From contig NC_082726.1 of the NCBI RefSeq assembly GCF_030144855.1, positions 57,598,001 through 57,662,000 on the forward strand: a DNA stretch of 64,000 bases. Direction: 5' to 3'. Under the pieces are notes generated by a model, which was not told the DNA's origin, did not search any database, and was given only the letters and a program-made list of their open reading frames with translations. Positions 12,901 through 26,501 of the stretch are shown piece by piece; the stretch's first letter is position 1, and each line of letters starts with the position of its first letter. This DNA is from Hypanus sabinus. Its lineage: Eukaryota. Position numbers and translations under genes: made by a program.

Positions 12901-13059
12901 TGCACAGTTTGTGCTGTTCCTTCAAGACACACCTAACAAGCAGGGAAATCGGATCCGGGCTCCCTCCGTTGAAATCACGCATAGGAACGTCTTCTAAAAA
13001 TTGGCAGTAGACAGATTTAGTTTAACCATCACATTCGAGAGACTTTTCCCAAATAATTC

Positions 13060-13830
13060 TCAGGAGGCATTTGATAGGGTGCCACAGACATGAAGCTGTT
13101 TAACTAGATAAAATCCTATGGCGTTACAGGAAAGATACTGGCATATTTAGAGGAATGGCTGATAGCCGGGAGGGAATAAAGGGGGCCTTTTCCGATTGTC
13201 TGCCAATGACTAGAGGTGTTCTTCAGAGGGGTCAGTATTGGGACCGCTGCTTTTCACATTGTTTGTCAATGACTTGGGTAAGGGTTGATAATAGATTGTG
13301 GCAAACTTTGCGGATGATACAAAGATATGTGGAGGGGTAGGTAGTGCTGAGAAAGCAATGCGTTTGCAGCAGGACGAAAACAAATTGGAAGAATGAGCAA
13401 AAAAAGTGACAGATGGAATACAGTGTCAAAGGTTCGTGAGAATGAAAGGGTTAACATGAGCTTTGGCAGCTTTGTGCCTGTACTCACTAGAATTTAAAAG
13501 AATGTGGGGATCGCATGGAAAGCTGCCGAATATTGAAATGACTAGATAGGGTGAATGTGGCGAGGATTTTTCCTATGGTGGGCACAGCCTCGAAACTGAG
13601 GGGCAACCTTTTAGAACAGAGGTAAGTATTTTTTTAAGCTAGAGAGTAGTGAATCTGTGGAATGCTCTGCCGCAGACTGCAGTGGAGGCCAAGTCCGTGG
13701 AATGCGGAATCTGATAGCTTCCTCATTGCTCAGGGCATCAAAGGATATGGGGTTGAGTGGGATCCAGCATCAGCCATGATCAAATTGTGGAGCAGACTCG
13801 ATGGGCTGAATGGCCAATGCTGTTCCTATG
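13060..13830 (+). mobile_element. Old CR1 LINE 3' fragment immediately upstream of the STOML1 promoter
   Basis: Remnants [13 protein letters not shown] and FADDTK with a typical CR1 3' UTR. Many similar CR1 fragments are scattered through the window (e.g. 8590-9250, 22700-23500, 27380-27690, 63500-63770). Confidence 0.75.
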
Positions 13831-16800
13831 GATAATGCAGCACTCCCCTACTATTGCACTGGAACGTCAGTGTGTATTTTACTGCTCTTGTCCCTGCAGC
13901 AAGGATGCAAGCTTAATCTATCTTGGTTGTGGTGTCATAATTGCTCCTCCAGCAGAGTGAATGAGTATGAATGGTATTGCTCAGGATTTCCAACATACAC
14001 AGAATCTCTTATGTGTTACATAGAAGCAGAACTAAGTCATTCAGCCCATCAACACTGCCACCATTCCATCATGGCTGATTTACTTTCCCTCAACCCCATT
14101 TTCCTGCCTTCTCCCCGTTATCTTTGACACCCTCATTAATCAAGATCCTATCAACCTCCACTTTAAATAGACCAAATGACTTGGCCTTCACAACTACCTG
14201 TGGCAATGATTCCACAGATTCATGAGACTCTGGGTACAGAAATTCTTCAACTCTCTTCTAAAGGAGCTTTCTTCTGTTCTGAGGCTGTATTCTCTGATCC
14301 TAGACTCTCCCCACTATTGAAACTAAACTCTTCATATCTACTTTCAGCATTGGGAACATTCTTCCTCTCCATCCAGATAATCTGATCTCTCGATCTTTGT
14401 TCTTTGCCAACTGTGCACACCAAGGCATTCATCAGTGAAACATTTTTACAGTAAAATGTGCTCTGGAGCTTTTCATCAGATATATTCTTATGTGAAAACC
14501 ACAATGGTTTTAGAAAACAAGTGAACAAGCTTTGCTCAAACTCACATTTACGTACTCTTCAGAATGACAATGGCTTTGCTTTGTCTCCCCAATATTTTTG
14601 GTTTAACAACTCCAACATTTTTCAGATGTTTATTTTGAGTGCACATTAAATGAGTTAACATTTGCTCTTAATATACCTTTTCATACTCAGTCTTGATATG
14701 AAAAAATCATTACATATTTTATCATAACCTGTGCAAGAACATGTGCATTCTTTCCTCTCTACCATCAATCAAATTTATCCCTCTCTTTATGTAGGAACCC
14801 AAAAATAATCAAACATATTTTGTTACAGTACAAATGATCATTCCATACTAACATACACCAAACTACAATTATCACTAAATAATTCATAAAAATACAAAAG
14901 TTAAATAGCAAAGAAAAATTCTGATGCAACTAACACATCTATATTACAGTACATGTGACAATTACAAACCAATTCAATTCAATCTACGGTTAGTCCAGAT
15001 TGATGTCAGTCCCTTCAGGCGATTGACATAAATGTGGAGGAAATGACAGTAAAACTAACCAGATCTGGACCCCAAATACATGGATCATGTCCACATCGTT
15101 TCAAGAGGCTAAAAGGTAAACAAGTTTGATCATCCTTGTGATTCTTATCTTCAACAATTTTTTTTAAATTCAGTCAGAGGTTGTGGAGAACCTTATGTAT
15201 TCCCAAGATGCTGAGAGTAGGTTTAATAGTGGATGGTTTTGCGTGGCAACAAGTTGGTGTAGGTCTGGAATCTCAGACAAGTTCAGCATGACACGTTTCC
15301 ATTCATTAATCAGTTGGACTTTGAAGAGACAAAACATTTTGGCCATTTTAACTAATGGCAATTTTTAATCTAGTTATTTTGTCTGGACTATTTACTTTAG
15401 ATCATGGTCATTATACTACCACATTGGGAATAAACTAGATGTAGTTCAGGAGTGCCAGTTTTATAACCCATGGAGACACAAACACAATACAGAAGACATC
15501 AGTCAATTTACATACATCAAGTTTCCACAAATTAGTAATGTGGTTACAATGTGGGAGATAAAAAAATGGTCCATGACAAGAATTTTCTTGCATACATACA
15601 AACATTTGAACAAGGAAGCCCCTTCAAGCCACTTATAGGCCCAGATTGATAGAATGCCCTCCTGCTGACACAGTGTACTTACGTACCAACAAGTTCTTGC
15701 AAGAAAACATAATGTACTGTATCAACCAAAAGGATTCCAGAATCCAGGATTCTGGTTCTAATCACAGAAGCAGCACTTCTGGCCTTTGGTAAGCTCAGTC
15801 AGGTGTTTCTCCACATTTCCCACCGAAGCCTCAGAACCCCCACTCCTACTTAAGGTTCTGATTATTGACTTGAAACACTGACTCTGCTTTTCACTCCATA
15901 GATACTTGCCAACTGACCAACTATCCCAGTTTCTTTCTATGTGACACTTGCACATTTTTTTGTGTTATTTCACATTTCAGTCATTACAAATTTAGTAGCA
16001 TCAGCTCACTCAATACAAGCTGGAATACTACAGTATGACAGCCTTTAAATAGCAACATGCCAGTTGTTAGTGGAAGACAGACAATACAAATATTTTACAC
16101 ATTCTACCATGTACATATTTGTGAAAACATTGCTTCCTCTCTCGTTTTCAGACGGTACAGAGAAGTTGCATATTGCAGAAGCCCAACATGTTTCAGATCT
16201 GAGGTAAACGCTCATTATATAAATATTATTAGGGAATGGAGTGCAAGACAGTGTGCCTTCAATGTCATTTAATTAGGTACATATCTGCAATGGTCACCCA
16301 GAGAATAGCTCTGATGCTATCAACAAGCTGAAAAGCTGTATGTACTGGGTTGAAAGTGTTTAAAATAAAAATTTACACAATGTGGGCATCAGTAATAACT
16401 GATTTCCTTACTCACTCATGATCAACCAACAACCAGCTGAAAAACTAAATACTAGTTTGGCAGTGTTTTAATTTTAAATTAGCACAATGTGGGCACTATT
16501 GGCAAATTAGTTCCTTATTCGCTGATGATTGACCAACAACTACAGTCATGTCCCTTTGTGCTAGATGAGACTTGCCTCATCCACACCCTCACACACCCAG
16601 CTTCTAAGTTAATTCAGCTAAACTTTGTCAGGTGCTTCTCTGATTTCAATTGCAATGCCACTCTCAGCTCTGGGATTCACCTATTCACCCTCCCTAATCA
16701 GCAGGTTCTTGATGAGAACCAAAATTATATCAAAGACTGTACCATCCATCACCAAAGCCAGACTGATGAGAAGTAATTAGCCTGATGGTGCACAAGAGAT

Positions 16801-17558
16801 TGTATGGATGCTGGAAGTCCAGAGCAACACGCACAAAATACTGGAGGAAATCAGTAGGTCAAGCAGCATCTATGGAGGGGAACAAACAGTCAACGTTTCA
16901 GGCTGAGACCCTTCATTCTGCCAGCATCTTGTGTGCATTGCATTGGTCTGATGGGACGTGCCCTACATTTGTGGAAAGAAAGGAGCCAGACAATGACCTA
17001 AAGTTTGGTCTGTACTAAAGATACATCAGTACATGAACAACCTGCTAAAGAACATCTCCAGTGTTGTGCAACAATAATGCAAAAACTTTGGCTCCAGAAT
17101 CCAAAGCTGCAAAGTTCATTGTTCAAAGTTCAAAGCTGCAAACTTGCTTTCCACTACCCAGAAGCTGCCCATTTGAGATTTATGGAGAAGTTATAGGAAT
17201 CAAATGTATCTATGTGATATATTATATTGATAATGATTACTTAAGGAACACAGGAAGTTCTTGGAGCCAAGGAGCAAGAGCTAAACAGTTCAGAACTGAA
17301 ACAAATTTGTTAATATTGTGCTATAAAGCTCATGTACATAAAACTGAAATGAAACAATCAATCAATAAAGGGATCAAATGGATAGTCTAACAGAAAATTG
17401 GCTAACAGTCAATTAAAAGGGGGCAAAGTTCTGAATCTTGCATAACACTGGCAAAAAGCTAATTTTTCACAAGGGTCAAACAATGTATCCCACAGCCTAC
17501 AGTGCCACTATACTTAATTTCTTTATAATCCTAAGGACATAAAGTAAAAGTTGAGATG

Positions 17559-17771
17559 CTACAGTACACAGCAAGCTCTGAAAAGCAGCATTCCATCCAT
17601 TGAGTTGATGCACAGGTCTACTTTCTCGTTGGCTGCAATGAACAGCACAGAGCCTCGTTGGACGTTTATCTGAGATGGATTAGCAACGGCTGACGCTTCT
17701 CCCCTGATCACAAGAAGGATGCTTGCAGAATCAATGGAAGAGATTGTGTATTGTTTCACCAAACTCGGAAC
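17559..17771 (-). CDS. MPI: MPI exon 8, terminal coding exon (VPSLVKQY...LLFRACCVL*)
   Basis: C-terminus resembles human ...FRACCLL, with a TAG stop at 17559-17561. The 8 exons sum to 1263 nt (420 aa plus stop). Confidence 0.95.
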   Translation of the reverse strand, partial: VPSLVKQYTISSIDSASILLVIRGEASAVANPSQINVQRGSVLFIAANEKVDLCINSMDGMLLFRACCVL

Positions 17772-18254
17772 CTGAGTTAAAGAGATTTTAGTTTAGTTTG
17801 TAAGCTTTTAATTGACAAGAACTTAACAGGTTCTGCTGTCCCTTCATTATATGCTTTTTGAAATCATCTAATTTGTTCAGATCACACCTAGCATTGTGCA
17901 TATCACTGGCCACTAACACAGAACACAGAAAAATACAGCACAATAACAGCGCCTTCTGTCCGCATTGTTGTGCTGAACTAATTAGTAATTAAATACCCAA
18001 TTAAATTAATCCCTTCTGCCTACATAAAGTCCACATCCTTCCATTCTCTGCACAAACATTCCATTCTCCTCTTGAACACCTCTGTCATATTGGCCTCCAC
18101 AATCACTCTGACAGCACGCTCCAGACACTCACTTCCTCTCACCTTAATTGCATGCCCTCTGGTATTACATCAAAAAATAATCATGAGATACAACTAGGGA
18201 GGGAGCAGAGGGGATTCACAGGCTGAGACCGGAGATGAAGCTCATGGCTCTGCA

Positions 18255-19125
18255 ATCCATAAGGCCTTGCACAAAAACGGTATTTATGGAAGAGTGGCAA
18301 AAAGGAAGAAGTCCTGGCTAAGCAAAAAAGCATATCCTTGTCCATAAATACTAAGTAAATCATCACAGCAGATACTATAAGGATGTCTTTGGAAGAAGAT
18401 GGAAGATCTTGTTGTTGGATGAGTCTAAAGTGGAACTTTCTGGCCTCAACACTAAACTGTATGTGTAGCATTGTGTTAGATTTACACATCAACCAGGTAA
18501 CACCATCCCTACTGTAAAGTATGGTGAAGGTATGGGGATGCTTTTCAACAGCAGAGACTCAAAATCTGGTCTGGATTGATGGGAAGAATATGGAGAGATC
18601 CTGGATAAAAACCTGCTAGCCTCTGCCAGAAAGCTTAAACTGGAGAGGAGGTTCATTTTTCAGCATTGCAACAACCCAAAACACACTGCCAGAACACTCA
18701 TAGAGCGGCTTCAAATTAAGAAAAATTATGTCCTTGAGTGACACAGTGTCTTGACCTCAATCTGATTGAACATCTCTGGCAATAACTCAAGATTGCTGTC
18801 CATTGCCGCTCCCTAACTAACCTGGCACAGTAGAGGAACTGGCAAATCTTGCTCCATTACGCTGTATAAAGCTAATAGAGACTTATCCAAAAAGTCTGCT
18901 GGCTGTATTAGCTGCGAGAGGTGTTTCAACAAAGTACTGAGCAAAGTGGGAAGAACACTTTGAATGCTGACATTTCAGTTTTTGAATTTTTAGGTTTTCA
19001 TGCTTTTCAATTTCCCTATATTTTTGGCCTCTACTGTGGAAAAAAGGAGCATTCTCAGTTAAATTGATCAAATACTCATTTATGTGAGCATAAGGATGGA
19101 GGCTGAATATTTTTTCAAGGTACTG
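18255..19125 (+). mobile_element. Degenerate Tc1-like transposon 3' part in MPI intron 7
   Basis: Remnants DESKVEL, TIPTVKYG, WGCFS and FQH.NNPKHTA of a DD34E transposase. Ends in ...caaggtactg. Confidence 0.75.
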
Positions 19126-20512
19126 TGCATTGAAATGAGTCTTTTTGTGTCAGTGACCACAGTCCAAACAGGTACTTGGGTCAGCCCACAAGTGTAACCA
19201 TACCCACAGAGCCAACACAGCATGCTTACAACTTACTAACCCCAATCCATATACCATTGGAATGTGGGAGTAAACCAAAGCACCCGGAGGAAACCCACAT
19301 TGTCACAGGGAGAACATTCAAATTCCTTAAGAGACAGCAGTGGGAATCAAACCTCTATTAGTGACCACTGACATTATAAAGCGTCATGCTAACTGCTACA
19401 CTGCTATGCTGCCCTCGGGGATATAGATTGAGGTTGAGGCAAGAGGGGATCTGAGGGAGACCTTTTCACCCAGAGAGTAGAATCTACAAGACTACTCTAC
19501 GGGAGAGAGTAGTAGAAGCAGAGTTGCAAACAGCATGAAGAAATATTTAAGCAAGCACCTAAAGTGTCTAGGCATAAAAAGCTATGTGCCAAGTATAGTA
19601 AGATGGGATTAACATGAATGGGTGCCTACTTGTTAGCATTATGTGGTGAGCTGGATAGCCTGTTTCTGTGCTGTGTTGTGTTGTGCCCCCTGGAAAAGAG
19701 GCAATATGAATACCAAAGAAAAATAAAGGAACCGCATCATGAAAGTTTGTGGAGATCATTTGAACATAGAACATTACAGCACAGTGCAGGCCCTTCAGCC
19801 CACCCTTTTAACCTATCAACCTAACCCCTTCCTCCCACATTTTTCTATCATTCATATGCCTATTTAAGAATTTCCTAAATGCCCCAATATATCTGTCTCT
19901 ACCACCATGTTCCACTCACTCACCACTGTTTAAAAAAAAGTCTAAAATCTCCATTTTCCCTCCAGAAAAGGCAACCAAGCAGTAAATCAATTTAAAACTT
20001 AAGGACTACTACTGTTAATGTCCAAAAGATGTATTGTCTAAAAGTCCAAAAAAGATACAAATCTAAGATAGGTCATCGATACAATTTGGAAAGAAAATCG
20101 CTTTAGCCAGATAATGCAAAATTCATTACTGAATAATGATAAAAGTTATGTACATAAAAGAGTTGAGTAGTAAATAGAATACACAACCCCAATACAGACC
20201 TGTCAGTTTCATATTCATGCTTTGCTGCTGAAATTTTGGCATCAATATTTCATCTGTCATTGCACAATCACCTTTTATAGCCCATCATCATAAAGATTAA
20301 AATCTGGTTTGCCTGGAGAGCAAATTTAGGCATTTCATAAATTTCCATATTGTCGGTGTCAATTTCTTTAACTCATTTGTCAGGCATCAACAGAATGGAA
20401 AATGGTTCAGTAAACTATCAGATTGGTCTGCCAATCTGCCCTGAGAAACAGGCAGCAAAGAGATGCAGATGATAAAGTACTAGTGGAGTCCAGTCAACAG
20501 CGCAAATCATAC

Positions 20513-20721
20513 CTCTATTTTTATTACTGTGAAATCAGGCACTGGAGGATCGTATATGAAAACCCTTGGGTCACAGGGATCCTGGGTAAACGGGAAGATT
20601 TTTTCACTTGCTGGTGCAGGTATGTAGTTGAGCATTTCGCAAAGGGTGTGAACATCAATGAACTTTGGAGTAAGGCCAGCTCGCACTGTATTATCAGAAC
20701 ATGCCATGCATTCTATGCAGT
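20513..20721 (-). CDS. MPI: MPI exon 7 (209 nt; [20 protein letters not shown]...[12 protein letters not shown])
   Basis: [20 protein letters not shown] signature. AG/GT boundaries. Confidence 0.97.
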
Positions 20722-21319
20722 CTGGAACAAATGAAAAAGTTAATTATCACTTTTTAGCTATTTCAAACGATATCACTAAGTTTCTCCACAGCAGCCAAAA
20801 ATAGACTGCAGAGTCATAAGAAAATTAGAAAGGTCCGCAATATTAGTGTGTAGAACAGTACAGTATAGGCCCTTTAGCCCATGATGCTACACCAATCTTT
20901 TTACTTATTCTAAGATCAATCAAACCCTTCCCTCCTACATAGTCCTCCATTTTTCTATCACCCATGTGCCTATCAAAAGAGTTTCTTAAATGCCCCTAAT
21001 GTATCTGCCTCTACCACCATCCCTGACAGGGCATTCCACTCACTCACCACTCTCCGTGTAAAGAACTTAACTGAAATCCTCCTCCTCTTTCCTCCAATCA
21101 CTTAAAAATTATGAATCTTTGAATTATCCTTTTCCATCCTGGGAATAAGTCTCTGGTTATCCACTATTATATGCTCACCACCATCTGCATGCAGAAGTTT
21201 CCCCGCAGGTCCCTTTTAAATGTTAAAAATTCCTACAGTACAGTTATAGTTAGCAGGAACAACCAAATCATTACACAGAATCCACATGTTACTTAGCATT
21301 TCTACCTTTTGGATCTCAC

Positions 21320-21493
21320 CTCCATAAAGATAGGCGTGGGGTTCATTAGCTCCCAAAAACATGGCTTCCCCTGGTTGTAGCTTCACCAGATTCAGAAAGT
21401 AGATGACAAAACATCCAACGTCACCTGGAAATTGGGAATGCAACCGCAGCAACAGCTCACCATTACTTCCTGCTGTGTCCTTACCTGCAGCAG
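21320..21493 (-). CDS. MPI: MPI exon 6 (174 nt; [29 protein letters not shown]...[11 protein letters not shown])
   Basis: FPGDVG and ANEPHAY (zinc-ligand His). AG/GT boundaries. Confidence 0.96.
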
Positions 21494-21853
21494 CTGCACA
21501 ACAGAAGGCTCTTGTTACTGCCAAATTTGGCTTGCAATATATTAGAACATAGAATAAGGTACAAAGCATCAAAAGTGCCAGCACTAGTATCCCAAACCAA
21601 TGTAAATGAAGGATCATATTTCAGCTGGCAATTATCTTATTGCAGTTTGTGCGATCTTGCCATGTTTGCATTTGTGCTTGTGACATTGACAACAGCTCCA
21701 ATGTAAGATACATGCAAATATTTACTTCAGAGTTCCATATGTTGACAAACTTGCTTATAAGAATCCAAGAAAAATTTAATTGCACATTAGTTAAGTGCAA
21801 ACTAATTTACATTTGCCTTCAACATAGCTATGTTGTCTGTTAATAGCACAAAC

Positions 21854-22033
21854 CTTCTTCCAACACCCTCTTCACCAACACATTCAGCTGATCAACAAAC
21901 GTCTTCTTTTCACAGTTCATCATTCTAGTAAAGCATTTCTTCAAAGCATCAGATACCCGGTGTGGGTCACTGGAACTGTTTTCAAGCACTTCTGCAGCTT
22001 CATTGCCTATCACTGCGTGAAATTCTGGGACAT
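21854..22033 (-). CDS. MPI: MPI exon 5 (180 nt; NVPEFHAVIGNEAAEVLE...LVKRVLEE)
   Basis: VPEF motif. Acceptor gcag|AT and donor G|GTTTGT; the reading frame is preserved. Confidence 0.92.
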
Positions 22034-24051
22034 CTGCAACAAGTGGTTCAGAGATAAAAAATAACAATGAAAATTAGATATATGTTGAAGAATGCTGGGG
22101 TTAAAGAATAGAATTAATTTTCAGTTTGATTTGAAAGTGGTTATGCCATTGACTTTGGAAAATTTAAAAACAGGTATTTTCCTTTAACCATTCAGTTTTC
22201 AAATCAACTGTCTAAACTCTAACCACTACAGTTTAGTAACACAATGACCACATTGCACTAAGATGAACTTATTTTTATGTTCGAATTGCACTTTATTGTA
22301 GGTTTTGTTTTTCTTGTGAATTTTGTTTATACGTGTGCCTGTGAGAGTACTTTTAAAGTATTTTTTTCCCATTGAAGCTGTGCATACATATACTTGTACA
22401 CATAACAATTAACTCAACTGTGACCAATAGTTAAAACAGATTTCAATGTCTCTTCTTTTGTTCATCTCAAACAGTTTACAGCCATCCAATTACTTAAGGA
22501 TACACATGTTTACACAAGGGTGCTGAAGCTAATAGTGCTGCTGCCCTGCATCTCCACTTGACCTGATTTAATCCTGACTACCAACATTGTCTATGTGGAG
22601 TTTTACATACTCTTGGGTTTCTTTTGGCTGTTTCAGTTTTCTCCCCAACCCAAAAACATGCAAGTTGATAGGTTCATTAGCCATTGTAAAACTGCCCTTA
22701 GACCATGAGACCACAAGACCTAGAAACAGCCATTCAACCATCCAACTTGCTTCACCATTTAATCACAGCCTCTCAACTCCATTCTCTTGCCTTCTCCCTG
22801 TAACCTTTGACTGGTCAATAACTTACTCATCTCTGCTTTAAATACACCCAATGACTTGGCCTCTACAGCCGACTTTCACAAGGAATTCCAGATACCCACA
22901 CTCGTGCTAAACAAGTTCCTCTATCTCTGTTCTAAAAGGACATTCTTCTATTCTCAGGCTGTGTGCGTCTGGTCCTAGACTCCCCCACTATTGGAAATAT
23001 CCTCTCCGCATCCACTCTATCTAGGGCTTTCAATGTTTCAATGAAATCTGCGCCCCCGCCCCCCCATTCTTCTAAACTTCAGTGGATACAGACTCAGAGC
23101 CATCAAACTCTCATATGTTAACCTATTCATTCCCAGGATAATTTCTTCAAACCTCCTCTAGACCTTCTCCAATGCTAGTACATCCTTTCTTAGATGTAGG
23201 CCCAAAATTGATCACGACTCCAAATGCAGTTTGACCAATGCCTTTTAGGGCTCAGCATTAAAACCCTGCTTTTATATTCTAATGCGTTCAAAATGACTGC
23301 TAACATTTTATTTGCCTTATTTCTACTGTCTTAACCTGCAAGTCAACCTTTAAGGAATTCTACTCTAGGACTCCCAAGTCCCTTTGCACCTCTGATTTCA
23401 GAATTCACTCCCCATTTAGGAAATAGCCGACACCTTTATTTCTTCAAACACAGTGTACGACCATACATTTCCTGACACAGTATTCTATCTTTAGTTTATA
23501 GGTGAGTGGTAGAACTTTGTGGAAAATTGATGTGAATGGTAGGGGGGTGAAGAATGGAGAAAGAGATCACATAGACTTTATGGCCTGGTTTCCTGCTACA
23601 GTGTGTTGTAATGAGATATGGAAATAATTGACCAATACATGCATGATCTGGTCCAAATTGGAAATTAATGCCCATTCCACACTTGTTTGCTGGTATTAGC
23701 TGAAGAAAGAATGTTGGCCAAGTCTACTTTCTCAAAATGTGACAAGAGACAAATGGAGAGTGGATCCAACAATGCAGTCTCTGTTCATTACATCACCAAA
23801 GTTCTGGTCAAGCTAACCTGTAACCGACTGGTTAAAGTGATGATACCTAAATCCAAAAGCTTCAGTTTCAGATGCCTGACTTCAACCAAATGAATCACTC
23901 ATCACCAAGTGCTCACATTTCACACAGAGCTCAAGGAACAGAAATGTATTTGCAAAGCTGCTCCAAAAATACAGAAAGCAGGCATACTGTATTTTACATA
24001 CAATTTGTCACCAAGGTTTACAAGGACATATCACGGTGCTTCATGTCTTAC

Positions 24052-24193
24052 TTTTCAAAAATCCAATAATTTCCTCCACTGGTCTGAATCCACACAGTCC
24101 TTCAAATGGAGTCAGTGCAATAGCCATTTCTGGTTTGTGATTTTTATCAGGATATCGATCTGGAAATTGAGCATGGAGCTGTGCAGCTAGTTC
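24052..24193 (-). CDS. MPI: MPI exon 4 (142 nt; [47 protein letters not shown])
   Basis: PMI signature YPDxNHKPE and LCGFRP. AG/GT boundaries. Confidence 0.97.
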
Positions 24194-26300
24194 CTGTAAG
24201 AAACAAATTTCAAACCTATGATGAATAGAGTGCTTTAAAACGTAAGCAATTTGGAAAATTATCTTACAAATGTTTGTTTCAGGGGTTTTTTCTGGGTTGT
24301 GTCCTGGGGTTGTGGAATACAGCTAAACACATCCAAGCTAAGCTCAGCAAGTCAAACTTGCTCCATTCTGCACAAGAGCATGAGGTTAGGTTTTCCCCCA
24401 CCCTGCTCCTGTACTAATAATATTTCTGATCTATCAATTCCCAGCAAAATCATAAGTACTTGGAGGAACAATGTTTATTATTCAATTATAGATATCAAAA
24501 TTGGATTTGTTTTAAATAGTTTTCTGGTAGCTTAATTTCAACTCTAATTCCTTATTATTTTTCTAAAGCTCTCCTGATGAACTCAATTATACAGAAGTCT
24601 TGAGTGAAGAATACCTTGCTACAAAATATCTCTTTAGTGTAGCCACTTGTTTGCAGGAAACATTGAGGTCTGCTTTTGCACAGTGTGCTCCCACAGTCAG
24701 CAACGTGGCAGATGATCATATTTCAGTCATATTGAATGGAGGGTAAACATTGGTCAGAAAGCCAGGAAGATTTTCTCTGCTGCTCTTGAACAGAATACCA
24801 GCATATAATATCCATCAGTGTGCCAGCAGGAACTCTTTAATGTTTCTCGTTCCAGAAGCCGTACTGAGAATGCCCAAGACCATAAGATATCCGAGCAGAA
24901 TTAGGCCATTCAGCCCATTGATTCTGCTCCACCATTTGATCACAACTGATTTACTAACCTCTCAAAGTCATGCTTTTCCCACCCCTCCCTCGTACAATCA
25001 TCTCACACCTGCCCGCTTGTTTTAAATTTAAAATAGACTAAATGCACTGAAGGTGTCACATTTCATAATTTCACAGACTGTTTCTATTTCTATGCAAATT
25101 CTCCAGGATTAATTTTTCTGAGAGAGCCCATTCTTAGGAATTTAACATAAACACAAAACAATGATGGGGACAAGATCAGAAATGATGATGATAGATAACT
25201 AAAGCCTCAACAACAAGCTTAGTTCAGACAAAATCCTTCAAATGCAAGAAAAGGTAAAAAAAAATTGTTGAATCACATATGGCTCATGGTAGTTAATTTC
25301 AAAGATCCACTACAGTACAAGTAAAGGAAGATCTCATTTCAGTTCTAAGTGTCCTACTCCTTAATTTGAGATGTGACTCTTCAACTTCTAGACTCCTCAA
25401 CCAAGGGAAGTATCATTTCCACATCCATTCCATTTAGCCCTGTAAGTATTGGATAGATCTCATTAAAGTCACTTCCCCTTGTAAACTGGAAAAAACACAG
25501 GTCTACTCCTACTTGATCTCATGTCACCATCATAGGAATCAATCTGGTGAATGTTTGCTCTGCTCCCTCCAACAAAGATATTTACTGCAGGTAAAGTGGC
25601 AGAAATTGCACACAATAGCACAACTCGCTAAGACACCTTTACTCTTGTACTTAAACTCTTTTACAATAAAAGATTTCCAATAAATTGAGCTCAAGAGGTA
25701 ATGTCCAGACCAAAAGACAAAAGAGCAGAATGATACCATTCAGCCCATCAAGTCTGCTCCACCATACCTCTCAGCACCATTCTCCTACCTTCTCCCCGTA
25801 ACTTTTGACACACTTGCTAATCAGTGAACCTATTTAAATACGCTCAATGACTTGGCCTCCACAGCCATCTGTGGCAATGAATTCCACAGATTCACCATCT
25901 TCTAACTAAGGAGATTTCCTCTCATGCCTGTTCTAAGGGACGTTCTTTTATTCTGAGGCTGTGCCCTCTGGTCATAGACTCCCCCACTATTGGAAACATC
26001 CACTTCAGGTCCACTCTATCTAGGCTTTTCAATATTTGATGTTTCAATGAAATTCCCCCTCTCATTCTTCAGAACTCCAGCAAGCATAGACACGTATATC
26101 AACAGGATAAAGGTCATCTCATGTTTAGGTAAATGGCGCAGTCCAACTCGAAATACTCCTAAAACAAATTCATATTCCAGACAATGCTTTCTATGCTGTA
26201 AAATTATTTTGAAAACTGAGCAAAATTAAAGGATATATTCCATGTTACAAACATGGCTATTTACCCAATTAAATGAGGTTCTACTTAACTCTTTGCTTAC

Positions 26301-26501
26301 TTTGTTCGGATGAGCTTGAATAGATAATGAGATGTTCACCGAAAGCACCTTGAACAAAAAAGGCAATTGTCCTTGGAAAACATCCTTTACTTTTGACCCC
26401 AGAGAATCAGGATGCTCCGAAATCCACTGGCCAAGAGTCTTCTGGGAAATTCTGTTGTTGCAAATGACTGCATCCCCTTTGGGATGTGCTCCCATCCATA
26501 A
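26301..26501 (-). CDS. MPI: MPI exon 3 (201 nt; LWMGAHPKG...[22 protein letters not shown])
   Basis: LWMGxHP and LSIQAHP (zinc ligands Q and H). Acceptor ag|TTA and donor AAA|GTAAGC. Confidence 0.97.

Noticed and set aside
14380-17558. Possible extra gene or defined poly(A) site between MPI and STOML1
   Set aside because: The short ORFs lack recognisable homology or consistent splice structure, and the poly(A) signal cannot be chosen from sequence alone.
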